DNA of 54,096 nucleotides from an uncultured Weeksellaceae bacterium (GCA_964453635.1 CAYVSK010000003.1:7922-62017); one strand, 5' to 3'; counted from the first letter of the stretch, positions 14,993 through 24,442 are shown. Numbers and translations: made by a program. Notes: generated from the letters alone by a model not told the origin.

Positions 14993-15931
14993 TCAGCTTC
15001 GATCCAATTCCCCTGCAAGCAGATAAAGGACAGCCATCCGAATGGCCAGGCCGTTCTCCACTTGGTCGAGAATGATGGAATCAGCAGCATCAGCAACAAA
15101 GCTGGTTATTTCCACCCCCCTGTTGACCGGTCCGGGGTGCATGATCGTTACGGGGCTTCCGACAGCTTCCAAAAGCTTCATATCCACTCCGTACATCATG
15201 GAGTATTCCCGCAATGTGGGAAAATAGACCGCACCACCTCCCTGGCGCTCGAGCTGCACCCTCAACATATTAGCCACATCACACCATTCCAATGCCTTAC
15301 GTAAACTGAACTCAACCTTTACTTGAAGGTCACGGATATGCTTTGGGATCAGGGTCCTCGGCCCACAGACCATGACCTCTGCCCCCAGCTTCTGGAGGCA
15401 AAAGATATTGGAAAGCGCCACTCTTGAATGGAGGATGTCACCGATGATCGCGATCTTTCTTCCCTTCAGGGAACCGAAGCGTTCGCGAATGGAATAAGCA
15501 TCGAGCAAAGCCTGTGTGGGATGTTCATGCGTCCCATCACCGGCGTTGATGATCCGTGAACGAACATTCCTGGCAAGAAAAAAGGGAGCCCCCGGATCGG
15601 GATGCCGCATCACGACCATGTCAACCTTCATGGCCAGAATGTTGTTGACCGTATCGATCAACGTCTCCCCCTTGTTCACAGAAGAAGTGCTGGCGGAAAA
15701 GTTCACGACATCGGCCGAAAGCCTTTTCTCTGCCAACTCGAAGGACAAGCGGGTACGCGTGGAATTCTCATAAAAAATATTGGCGATCGTTACATCCCGG
15801 AGAGAGGGGACCTTCTTGATCGGTCTGGAAAGGACTTCCTTGAACTGATCCGCGGTCTCGAAGATCAGGGAAATATCATCCTCCTCAAGGGAGTCGATGC
15901 CCAACAAGTGATCAGTACTCAGTTTGCTCAT
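14993..15931 (-). CDS. pyrB: aspartate carbamoyltransferase catalytic subunit
   Basis: Start moved to ATG 15931 (MSKLSTDHLLG). Signatures ENSTRTRLSFE, HEHPTQALLD and HPGP. It overlaps the pyrR end by 20 nt. Confidence 0.9.
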   Translation of the reverse strand: MSKLSTDHLLGIDSLEEDDISLIFETADQFKEVLSRPIKKVPSLRDVTIANIFYENSTRTRLSFELAEKRLSADVVNFSASTSSVNKGETLIDTVNNILAMKVDMVVMRHPDPGAPFFLARNVRSRIINAGDGTHEHPTQALLDAYSIRERFGSLKGRKIAIIGDILHSRVALSNIFCLQKLGAEVMVCGPRTLIPKHIRDLQVKVEFSLRKALEWCDVANMLRVQLERQGGGAVYFPTLREYSMMYGVDMKLLEAVGSPVTIMHPGPVNRGVEITSFVADAADSIILDQVENGLAIRMAVLYLLAGELDRS

Positions 15932-16487
15932 CGGCCCCTTTTGAGGTGAATAGCAAGACTTTTTCAGGACCGCCACCATCGGTCCATTCGACCGAGACCA
16001 TTTCTTCTTCGACCGTATCCACAGTGACTCCCCTGTAATCCGGTTTGATGGGAAGTTGGCGCCGGAAGCGGCGATCCACCAGGATCAACAACTCCACAGT
16101 CCGGGGGCGGCCATATGCGAGCATGGCATCCAACCCCGCACGAATGGTCCGACCGGTGAAGAGAACGTCATCCACAAGGATCACATGTTTGTCCTCGATA
16201 GAAGACTCGATCTCCGTCTCTTTGGGTATGATCGGTGCATCCTTTTGACGAAGGTCATCGCGAAAAAAGGTGATATCGAGGGCCCCATAGGCCAGGGGCC
16301 CACCACCGAGCACACGCTCAAGCCCATCCTTCAACTGTCGGGCCAGGTATACCCCCCGGGGCTGAAGCCCCAATAAAACACTGTTCCTGAAATCATCGTG
16401 GTTCTCGATCAATTGATAACATAAGCGATCGAGGGTAAGATGGAAGTGGGAGCGGTCGAGGATGGTGATCGGTTGCATGGAAGCCAT
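15912..16487 (-). CDS. pyrR: bifunctional pyrimidine operon regulator / uracil phosphoribosyltransferase PyrR
   Basis: 191-aa ORF. It has a PRPP-binding motif (VILVDDVLFTGRTIRA) and sits immediately upstream of pyrB. Confidence 0.85.
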   Translation of the reverse strand: MASMQPITILDRSHFHLTLDRLCYQLIENHDDFRNSVLLGLQPRGVYLARQLKDGLERVLGGGPLAYGALDITFFRDDLRQKDAPIIPKETEIESSIEDKHVILVDDVLFTGRTIRAGLDAMLAYGRPRTVELLILVDRRFRRQLPIKPDYRGVTVDTVEEEMVSVEWTDGGGPEKVLLFTSKGADEQTEY

Positions 16488-16494
16488 GGGGCTC

Positions 16495-16502
16495 CAAATT
16501 TA
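16495..16502 (-). promoter_or_regulatory. putative -7 promoter box TAAATTTG for pyrR-pyrB
   Basis: Exact TAnnTTTG on the minus strand, only 7 nt upstream of ATG 16487. It lies between the rpsA terminator and pyrR. Confidence 0.45.
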
Positions 16503-16515
16503 GGGCAACTGGATC

Positions 16516-16552
16516 AAAAAAAAGCCCGCCCGGCAAAGAGCCGGGAGGGCTT
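16516..16552 (-). terminator. Rho-independent terminator downstream of rpsA
   Basis: The minus-strand RNA reads GCCCUCCCGGC-UCUUU-GCCGGGCGGGC followed by U8. This is an 11-bp GC-rich stem (one G-U pair) with a 5-nt loop, 24 nt after the rpsA stop. Confidence 0.8.
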
Positions 16553-16575
16553 CATTTTATCGGGGATCGCACCTT

Positions 16576-18681
16576 TTACTTCTCCCCGGGATCGTTTTCT
16601 TCATCCGGATCCGAACCCTCTTCACCTTCTTGTTCCTCATCTTCCTCCTTTTTGGAACCCGTCGTACCCTTCTTTTCCCCTTCTTCCTCTTCCATGGAGG
16701 ATTTAAGGTCGGACAGGGTGTTCAGGTCGCCAAGGGTCGTACGTTCAATGTTCTTGTTGACCTTGTTGACCGCTTTGCGTTGGGATTTCTCCTTGGCCTT
16801 CTCCTTTTTCTTTTTCTCCTTCTTCTCCTCTTCTTCCGCTTCCTCATGGATCCTGGAATGGGAGACAATGATCTTTCTTCCCCGTTTGTTGAACTCGAGC
16901 ACTTTAAAATCGAGTTCTTCCTCCACTTTAGCGGTCTCTCCGTCCTCCTTTTTCAAATGCTTGAGAGGCGCATAGCCTTCCACACCATAAGGGAGCATCA
17001 CCGTGGCCGTTTTGCCTTCTATGCTGGTGATCGTCCCCTTGTGAACGGAACCGACCGTGAAAACGCTTTCGAAGACATCCCAGGGATTCTCCTCGAGCTG
17101 CTTGTGTCCAAGGCTCAGTTTACGTTCCTCCTTATCGACCTCCAAGACGACCACCTGGAGTTCATCACCGACCTTACAGAATTCCGAGGGGTGTTTGATC
17201 CGCTTGGACCAGGAAAGGTCGGAAATGTGAACAAGGCCATCAACCCCTTCTTCCAATTCGACAAAGACACCGAAGTTGGTGAAGTTCCTGACCATGCCGG
17301 TGTGTTTGGAATCCACGGGATATTTCTCCTCAATATTCTCCCAGGGATCCGGTGTGAGCTGTTTCAGTCCAAGGGACATCTTTCGCTCCTCACGGTCCAG
17401 GGTAAGTATCTGAGCTTCGACCTCGTCCCCGACCTTCAGGAAATCCTGGGCACTTCGGAGGTGCTGTGACCAAGACATTTCAGAGACGTGGATCAATCCC
17501 TCGACCCCTGGCTGGATCTCAACAAAAGCTCCGTAATCAGCAAGAACGACCACTTTTCCTTTGACCTTGTCACCAACTTTCAGGTCGGGGTCCAGGCCAT
17601 CCCATGGATGCTCCTGTAATTGTTTGAGCCCAAGGGCTATACGTTTCTTTTCGTCATCGAAGTCCAGGATCACGACATTGATCTTTTGATCCAACTCGAC
17701 GACTTCTTCGGGGTGATTGATACGGCCCCAAGAGAGATCCGTAATATGGATCAGTCCATCCACCCCACCGAGGTCCACAAAAACCCCGTAAGAGGTAATA
17801 TTCTTGACCGTGCCCTCCAGGACCTGGCCCTTTTCCAGTCCCTGAATGATCTTTTTCTTCTGCTCCTCCAACTCAGCCTCAATAAGGGCCTTATGAGAAA
17901 CCACGACGTTCTTGAACTCTTTGTTGATCTTGACGACCTTGAAGTTCATTTCCTGCCCCACATAAGCATCGTAGTCCCGAATAGGCCGTACATCGACTTG
18001 GGAGCCCGGTAAAAAGGCCTCGATACCAAAGACATCGACGATCAACCCGCCTTTGGTCCGACACTTCACTTTGCCCGGGATCACTTCATCGTTCTCCATA
18101 GCTTGGTTAACTTTTTCCCAAGCCTTATGGGTCCGGGCCTTTTGATGAGATAAGACGAGCTGACCCGTGGAATCCTCCTGTTGTTCAACAAAAACATCCA
18201 CCTCATCCCCTTCTTGAAGGTCAGGATGATAACGAAATTCCGAAGCCGGGATCACCCCTTCGGATTTGTAACCAATATTGACCACGACCTCTTTCCGGGT
18301 CTTGGATACCACTTTGCCCTTGATGACCTCTTTTTCTCCGATCGAGGTCAGGGCTTGTTCATAAAGCTTGTCGAGCTCTTTTCGCTCTTCTTCCGAATAA
18401 TCGTCCACTTTGTCGGAATAGGAATCCCAATCGAAGGGCTCGTTCTTATCTTGGCCCCCTTGGTCCGGAAGATCGTCGCTATGAGCCACTTGCGTTGTGT
18501 TCGATGCTTCGTTCGTGCCCTGCTGGCTCTGGGAACCGGACACACCGGTACCTGCCGCATTCTCCTCCTTTTGCTCATCCCCTGAAGCATTTCCTTCGCC
18601 CTTCTCTTCAGGCGCATGTTCAGGAGCCTGAGCTTCGGACGTTGCTTTCTTCTCCGCTTGTTTTTTGTTTTCTTCAGCCAT
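16576..18681 (-). CDS. rpsA: 30S ribosomal protein S1 with low-complexity N- and C-terminal extensions
   Basis: 701-aa ORF with six S1/OB repeats (for example GKVVSKTRKEVVVNIGYKSEG, GTVKNITSYGVFVDLGGVDGLIHITDLSW, GKVVVLADYGAFVEIQPGVEGLIHVSEMSW). Confidence 0.9.
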   Translation of the reverse strand: MAEENKKQAEKKATSEAQAPEHAPEEKGEGNASGDEQKEENAAGTGVSGSQSQQGTNEASNTTQVAHSDDLPDQGGQDKNEPFDWDSYSDKVDDYSEEERKELDKLYEQALTSIGEKEVIKGKVVSKTRKEVVVNIGYKSEGVIPASEFRYHPDLQEGDEVDVFVEQQEDSTGQLVLSHQKARTHKAWEKVNQAMENDEVIPGKVKCRTKGGLIVDVFGIEAFLPGSQVDVRPIRDYDAYVGQEMNFKVVKINKEFKNVVVSHKALIEAELEEQKKKIIQGLEKGQVLEGTVKNITSYGVFVDLGGVDGLIHITDLSWGRINHPEEVVELDQKINVVILDFDDEKKRIALGLKQLQEHPWDGLDPDLKVGDKVKGKVVVLADYGAFVEIQPGVEGLIHVSEMSWSQHLRSAQDFLKVGDEVEAQILTLDREERKMSLGLKQLTPDPWENIEEKYPVDSKHTGMVRNFTNFGVFVELEEGVDGLVHISDLSWSKRIKHPSEFCKVGDELQVVVLEVDKEERKLSLGHKQLEENPWDVFESVFTVGSVHKGTITSIEGKTATVMLPYGVEGYAPLKHLKKEDGETAKVEEELDFKVLEFNKRGRKIIVSHSRIHEEAEEEEKKEKKKKEKAKEKSQRKAVNKVNKNIERTTLGDLNTLSDLKSSMEEEEGEKKGTTGSKKEEDEEQEGEEGSDPDEENDPGEK

Positions 18682-18800
18682 GAAACGGCCTTGTGATTTG
18701 TATTCCGCTCATGATCAAAAAGATGAACGGAAGTGGTTCGACGATCGTTTTAAGTTTTAACGGGGTTGCAAAATGAATACTTCGCCCGTATTTGAGCCCG

Positions 18801-18808
18801 CAAAGCTA
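18801..18808 (-). promoter_or_regulatory. putative -7 promoter box TAGCTTTG for rpsA (long leader)
   Basis: Exact TAnnTTTG on the minus strand, about 120 nt upstream of ATG 18681. Confidence 0.35.
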
Positions 18809-18853
18809 CAAATCTCTCGGGAGACATAAAAACCCCTTTTGGTTTCCCCTTCT

Positions 18854-20344
18854 TTACGCAAGTTCATCCTCATCGTCGTCATCGGAGAAAACGGAACTGA
18901 GAATATCCTTGAAGGTCATGCCGGAGGCAAGCCGATCTTTTGTCAGCAGGGAGTATTCGGCCAACCCATGCAGGACGAACTCCATCATAAACGATTTATC
19001 ACCCCTGGATAAACGGGGCTGATAGGTATCGACGAGTTCCTCGAGCCCGTCCACACTTTTGAGCTTTTTCTCCCATTCCCCTGTCGGCAAATTATCAGAA
19101 AGCTCCAGCTCATTTCCATTGAACCAATTCACGATCCCTTCATACGGGTTTTTCTCTTCTTTTCGCTTCATCGAACCAGGCGTTGGGAAGTAAACCGGGA
19201 ACAGACTACGGATGGACTGACCGATCAATCGTTGGGCTACATTGTAGGGGCCTTCCTGTTCACCTTCATATACCAGCTCGACTTTCCCCGTAATAGCGGG
19301 GATTACACCGATCAGGTCACCTATACGGGCATTGGCCGTCTTTTCGCCATTGACCACGGCCCGTCGTTCCACAGCGCTGTAAAGTAGCTCATAGGCTGCG
19401 ATCGGCAAACGGGCCGAGACCCCACTTTTCTGATCGATGAACTCGCTATCGCGGGCTTCAAAAGCCAAGTTTTCGATCAGATCCTCCATCAGTTCGTGCA
19501 CTTTCACCTTCTCGGCCCGTTCCTGGTCGATATCCGCTTCTTGTTTGGTGATCTGTTTGGAGGTCTCGATGGATTCGGGATAATGGGTCATGACCTGGCT
19601 TTGAATGCGGTCTTTCAAGGGGGTGACGATCGTCCCCCGGTTGGTGTAATCCTCCGGGTTCGCCGTAAAGACGAATTGAATGTCCAACGGTAAGCGGAAC
19701 TTGAACCCTCTTATTTGTATGTCCCCCTCTTGCAATATATTGAACAAGGCCACCTGAATTCTTGGTTGAAGGTCCGGCAGCTCATTGATCACAAAAAGTC
19801 CCCGATTGGCATTGGGAACAAGCCCAAAGTGGATCACGCGTTCGTCCGAATATTTGAGTTTCAGATTGGCGGCTTTGATGGGATCGACGTCCCCGATCAG
19901 ATCGGCAACGCTTACATCGGGTGTTGCGAGTTTTTCCGTATATCGCTCGGAACGGTGGAGCCATTCAATGGGTGTATCATCCCCTTTCTCTTCGATCAAT
20001 TCCCGGGCATGTTTGGAAATGGGGGCAAACGGGTCATCGTTGATCTCCGAACCTTCCACGACCGGTATATACTCATCAAATAAGGCGGTCATTGCACGGG
20101 CAATGGTCGTTTTGGCCTGTCCCCTCAGACCAAGGAGATTGATGCTGTGACGCGCAAGTATGGCCCGTTGTACATCCGGAATGACCGAATCCTCGTAACC
20201 GAGAATATGAGAAAATACATTCTCCCCGTTCCTCAACTTCTCGATAAGGTTGCTTCGCAATTCTTCTTTGACACTTCTTGTTTGATACCCCGCTTCCTTG
20301 AGATCGCCAAGCGTGGATGGGTGCGTCGTCGCTTTTGTCGCCAT
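18854..20344 (-). CDS. BchI/ChlI-like AAA+ ATPase (Mg-chelatase-related) with non-canonical Walker motifs
   Basis: 496-aa ORF. It aligns by eye to the ChlI core (NANRGLFVINELPDL..., FVFTANPEDY, TPLKDRI). Walker A reads GLRGQAKT and Walker B reads FVINE. It ends in an acidic tail (DDDDEDELA). Confidence 0.7.
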   Translation of the reverse strand: MATKATTHPSTLGDLKEAGYQTRSVKEELRSNLIEKLRNGENVFSHILGYEDSVIPDVQRAILARHSINLLGLRGQAKTTIARAMTALFDEYIPVVEGSEINDDPFAPISKHARELIEEKGDDTPIEWLHRSERYTEKLATPDVSVADLIGDVDPIKAANLKLKYSDERVIHFGLVPNANRGLFVINELPDLQPRIQVALFNILQEGDIQIRGFKFRLPLDIQFVFTANPEDYTNRGTIVTPLKDRIQSQVMTHYPESIETSKQITKQEADIDQERAEKVKVHELMEDLIENLAFEARDSEFIDQKSGVSARLPIAAYELLYSAVERRAVVNGEKTANARIGDLIGVIPAITGKVELVYEGEQEGPYNVAQRLIGQSIRSLFPVYFPTPGSMKRKEEKNPYEGIVNWFNGNELELSDNLPTGEWEKKLKSVDGLEELVDTYQPRLSRGDKSFMMEFVLHGLAEYSLLTKDRLASGMTFKDILSSVFSDDDDEDELA

Positions 20345-20414
20345 TTTTTTGGTGTTAAGGCTGTTTATTTTTCCTGGGTGTCCTTGTTGGCCGGAATGTT
20401 CTCACCGCTCCCGG

Positions 20415-21518
20415 TCATCGAACATTGCGCCGCCTGTTCCGCTCATAATCCTCAAAGATGAATTCTCCCAATCCCTTGAGACTCGTGTAAAAAGCTTTAC
20501 CATTGTTGGCTTCCGTGAACTGTTCCACGAATTGCTGCAGGTAGGGGTCTTTCGCGATCATGAAGGTGGTCACGGGTATGCCGGCCTTCCTGCACTGCCT
20601 TCCGAGATCCATGGTCCGTTTTACGATCCGGGGATCCATGCCCCAACTGTTCACAAAGTACTCATTTCCCTCTTTAATACAAGTCGGCTTACCGTCTGTG
20701 ATCATAAAGATCTGCTTGTTGGCATGTTTTTTCCGGCGAAGGATATCCATGGCCCTTTCGAGGCCAGCGACCGTATTGGTATGATAAGGGCCGACCGTCA
20801 GATACGGCAGATCGCGTACCCGGACCTCCCAGGCATCATCGCCGAATACCACGATATCGAGGGTGTCCTTGGGATACTTCGTGCGGATCAGTTCGGCAAG
20901 CGCCATGGCCACCTTTTTCGCAGGCGTGATACGATCCTCCCCGTAAAGGATCATGGAGTGGGATATATCGATCATCAAAACGGTTGAAGAGAGGCTCTGG
21001 TCCTCGGTCTCCATGACCTCAAGATTTCGCTCGGTCAACTTGAGATCATCGATCCCGTGATCGATCTGAGCATTCCGGATGGAGTCTGTAAAAGCAATGC
21101 GGTCGGGGCGATCGCCGAATTCGAACTGACGGCGGTCCGCTGTCAGTTCATCCCCCTGGCCTTGATGGCCCGTACGATGATCTCCTTTCGTTCCTTTTTT
21201 GAGTTGACCGAATATCTGATCGAGGGAACGCCGACGGATCAATTGTTCCCCTTTTGCCCCCATGTCATAATCCCTTTCAGCCCCACTGGTCGAGGCCTTG
21301 ATGTACCCTTTTTCATACAGGTCCTTGATAAAGTCATCCACCGTGTAATCCTCATTGGTGATCCCGTGGGTCTGGTCCACCTCCCGAAGCCAATCGATCG
21401 CTTCATCCACATCACCGGCTGTATAGGTGAGCATTTCCATGAAGAGGTCGACCATTTTCTCGAACGCGGACCGCTGATCCCGCTCGGCTATGTATTCGGT
21501 AAAGCGATAGCCCTGCAT
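20415..21518 (-). CDS. von Willebrand factor A (vWA/MIDAS) domain protein, partner of the ChlI-like ATPase
   Basis: 367-aa ORF. The C-terminal vWA domain has complete MIDAS residues (VLMIDISHS ... HTNT ... FMITDGKPT). It is co-directional with the ATPase gene, separated by a 70-nt gap. Confidence 0.75.
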   Translation of the reverse strand: MQGYRFTEYIAERDQRSAFEKMVDLFMEMLTYTAGDVDEAIDWLREVDQTHGITNEDYTVDDFIKDLYEKGYIKASTSGAERDYDMGAKGEQLIRRRSLDQIFGQLKKGTKGDHRTGHQGQGDELTADRRQFEFGDRPDRIAFTDSIRNAQIDHGIDDLKLTERNLEVMETEDQSLSSTVLMIDISHSMILYGEDRITPAKKVAMALAELIRTKYPKDTLDIVVFGDDAWEVRVRDLPYLTVGPYHTNTVAGLERAMDILRRKKHANKQIFMITDGKPTCIKEGNEYFVNSWGMDPRIVKRTMDLGRQCRKAGIPVTTFMIAKDPYLQQFVEQFTEANNGKAFYTSLKGLGEFIFEDYERNRRRNVR

Positions 21519-21738
21519 AGAAGTTCTTTAGGTTTTCTTTTCGGACCTTAAGTTCGTTATCGGACAAATCCTGTGCCCCATATCACCTGCTTCCAATGTA
21601 ACAGATCTGCCGCAGGTATGGTTCTCGGCGCAATTTTCCTCAGGGGATCGTTAATAATACCTGGAACAGCAACTTCGTTGGCCTTCGGGGTACTGCTAAT
21701 TTCGTGGTTTCTGAGGACTGACCATTGTCCATTCGCTC

Positions 21739-24420
21739 ATGGCGCAGAGTAGCAAAATAAAAAATCCCCCCAGGGGGGCGGAAAGTTCCGAATGGAAAGC
21801 TTCAAAGGAGAACCGCTCCAAGACCAAAAAAAGGGGGAGCAAGGGGTCGCGACCAACGATTTTGCGCAAGGCAAAGGAGTTTTTCCAGGACACCCGGACC
21901 CGGAAGGTCTTTGGGGCCTTTATGCTCCTGTTGGCGCTTTATCTTTTCGTTGCTTTCACCTCCTTTGTTTTTACCTGGAAGCAGGATCAGGCCCATGTTG
22001 CCAATAAGGATTTCATCGAGGTCATCGGGAACAAGGATTTCGATGCCCGCAACCGGCTCGGTCGATTCGGCGCCTATATCGCACACCAGTTCATGCACAA
22101 CTGGTTCGGGATAGCGGCTTATTTTTTTGTCTTCCTTTCTTTTATGGCCGGGATCCGCACCCTATTCGGGGTCCGCGTATCATCAGCGGGTCGAACGATC
22201 GCCCACGTCCTCTTCGGACTGATATGGATCCCGGTAACGCTTGCATTCTTCTTCCGCGAGAAATGGTTATTCCTGGGCGGATATTTCGGCCACTACCTGA
22301 GGGAGTGGCTGGAAGGCATTCTGGGGACCATCGGGACCGGGGCCATTCTTTTCTTTTCTTTATTGGCCTTCATCATCATCATTTTCGACCCGAATCTGGG
22401 CCATTGGCAAGACCGAATAGCCACTCTCTTCAACAGGTTCCTTGCATCCACCAAAGGGGATAACTATCCTAGTGACCAGGATGAAGATGAAGACATGGCC
22501 CTTTCTCCTTCGGAAGGATCGGAAGGAGAAGGGGACAATGGTAGCGGCCCCGAACCCGCTTATCAGGGTCCCGATCACGAAAGCAACGAGGAGGGGACCA
22601 TTCCAATGGAGACATCGATTTCCCCGACCACGGAGGGGGATCCGGAGGAGCTTTCAGAAACCCCACCCGAAACGGAAGAAATGCCCAACAAGGGAACGAA
22701 CAAGGAGGAAGAAGGACCGGAAAACACCGATCCGGAGTCGGCCCCTGATGAAACGGATGAACCCACCGAATTGTCCCTCGACCGGGAGAATTCAGAAGAT
22801 GAGGAGAAAACCGGCAATGAAGAGGGCTTTTCCGTATCCGTTGCCCAGGCGGAAACAGAAGAGAGCACTCCGGATGAAAAAGGCAGTGAAGGGTTCGGCG
22901 AATACGACCCGACCCTTGACCTTTCCGAATACCGCCCACCCCACCTCGAACTTCTGGACGATCACGGGAGCAACGAGATCCATGTGGACCGGGAGGAACA
23001 AGAGGCCAACAAGAACAAGATCGTCCGGACCCTCGAGAACTACAACATCCCCATTTCAAAGATCCATGCCACCGTGGGGCCGACCCTGACCCTTTACGAG
23101 ATCGTACCAGGGGCTGGTGTCCGGATATCCAAGATCCGGAACCTTGAGGACGACATCGCCCTTAGCCTTGCCGCCCTCGGTATCCGTATTATCGCTCCCA
23201 TCCCGGGACGGGGCACGATCGGCATCGAGGTCCCGAACGCCAAGCCCCAGACCGTGTCCATGCGTTCCATTCTCGCATCCGATAAATTCCAGCGCAGCGA
23301 AATGGAATTGCCCATGGCACTTGGGAAGACCATCAACAACGAGGCCTATCTGACCGACCTGACCCAAATGCCCCATCTTTTAATGGCAGGCGCCACAGGT
23401 CAGGGCAAATCCGTGGGATTGAACGCCATTCTTGCATCGCTGCTCTATAAAAAGCACCCCGCCCAGGTCAAATTCGTCCTGGTGGATCCCAAAAGGGTCG
23501 AACTGACCCTCTTCAAAAAGATCGAACGCCACTTTCTTGCTAAACTACCAGATGCGGAAGAAGCCATTGTGACCAGCAACGATCGGGTGATCAGTACGCT
23601 CAACTCCCTGACCAAGGAGATGGACGAGCGGTACAAACTCCTTCAGGAAGCCGAGGTCAAAAGCATTAAGGAATACAACAAGAAGTTCATCGAACGCCGG
23701 CTGAACCCAGAAAAGGGGCATCGTTTCCTCCCTTACATGGTGTTGGTCGTCGACGAATTCGCCGATCTGATCATGACGGCCGGCAAAGAGATCGAAACTC
23801 CGATCGCCCGTCTTGCTCAACTTGCAAGGGCCATTGGGATCCATCTGATCATCGCCACCCAGCGTCCTTCGGTCAACGTTATTACGGGTATGATCAAAGC
23901 AAATTTCCCGGCCCGGGTCGCTTTTCGCGTCACCCAAAAGACCGACTCCCGGACCATCCTCGATGCCAGTGGCGCTGAACAGCTCATCGGAAAAGGGGAT
24001 ATGCTCCTTTCAACAGGGAGCGAACTCCAACGCCTCCAGTGTGCTTTCATCGATACCCACGAGATCGAGCGGATCACCGAATTCATCGGGGAACAACGGG
24101 GATATCCCGAAGCTTTTCAATTGCCTGAGCCCGAACAGGAAAGTAGCGGGGACACCGGAAATTCCGGACAGGAGGAACGAGACCCCATGTTCGAGGACGC
24201 GGCCCGTTTGCTCGTACAACACCAGCAAGGCTCCACGTCCTTAATACAACGTAAATTGAGGCTCGGCTACAACAGGGCTGGCCGCATTGTGGATCAGCTC
24301 GAATCGGCTGGCGTAATAGGCCCCTTTGAAGGAAGCAAGGCCAGGCGGGTCCTAATACCCGACGAATACACTTTGGAACAGTTTTTGAACGATTCAAGTG
24401 AGGAAAATGACCAGAACTGA
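21739..24420 (+). CDS. ftsK: DNA translocase FtsK
   Basis: 893-aa ORF. Modules: N-terminal TM helices, an acidic/Pro-rich linker, motor Walker A (GATGQGKSVGLN), Walker B (VLVVDEFADL) and a gamma winged-helix (STSLIQRKLRLGYNRAGRIVDQLE). Confidence 0.9.
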   Translation: MAQSSKIKNPPRGAESSEWKASKENRSKTKKRGSKGSRPTILRKAKEFFQDTRTRKVFGAFMLLLALYLFVAFTSFVFTWKQDQAHVANKDFIEVIGNKDFDARNRLGRFGAYIAHQFMHNWFGIAAYFFVFLSFMAGIRTLFGVRVSSAGRTIAHVLFGLIWIPVTLAFFFREKWLFLGGYFGHYLREWLEGILGTIGTGAILFFSLLAFIIIIFDPNLGHWQDRIATLFNRFLASTKGDNYPSDQDEDEDMALSPSEGSEGEGDNGSGPEPAYQGPDHESNEEGTIPMETSISPTTEGDPEELSETPPETEEMPNKGTNKEEEGPENTDPESAPDETDEPTELSLDRENSEDEEKTGNEEGFSVSVAQAETEESTPDEKGSEGFGEYDPTLDLSEYRPPHLELLDDHGSNEIHVDREEQEANKNKIVRTLENYNIPISKIHATVGPTLTLYEIVPGAGVRISKIRNLEDDIALSLAALGIRIIAPIPGRGTIGIEVPNAKPQTVSMRSILASDKFQRSEMELPMALGKTINNEAYLTDLTQMPHLLMAGATGQGKSVGLNAILASLLYKKHPAQVKFVLVDPKRVELTLFKKIERHFLAKLPDAEEAIVTSNDRVISTLNSLTKEMDERYKLLQEAEVKSIKEYNKKFIERRLNPEKGHRFLPYMVLVVDEFADLIMTAGKEIETPIARLAQLARAIGIHLIIATQRPSVNVITGMIKANFPARVAFRVTQKTDSRTILDASGAEQLIGKGDMLLSTGSELQRLQCAFIDTHEIERITEFIGEQRGYPEAFQLPEPEQESSGDTGNSGQEERDPMFEDAARLLVQHQQGSTSLIQRKLRLGYNRAGRIVDQLESAGVIGPFEGSKARRVLIPDEYTLEQFLNDSSEENDQN

Positions 24421-24442
24421 CCCTTCCACCAAAACGACCAAC

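Noticed and set aside
14938-15099. The N-terminal 54-aa extension of the STAS ORF given in the ORF track.
   Set aside because: It would overlap the pyrB 3' end by about 100 nt. A TAnnTTTG box (14954-14961) lies inside it, and the STAS domain begins at MSFQVEE.
16488-16575. A possible PyrR-binding attenuator upstream of pyrR.
   Set aside because: The only hairpin is the rpsA terminator. I see no sequence resembling the PyrR-binding loop (..UCCAGAGAGG..), and the promoter box lies downstream of the hairpin.
22442-23089. Alternative-frame ORFs (215 aa on the plus strand, 196 aa on the minus strand) inside the ftsK linker.
   Set aside because: They are Arg/Pro-rich frames generated by the GA-rich acidic linker of FtsK. 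The FtsK frame is continuous from the TM region to the motor domain.
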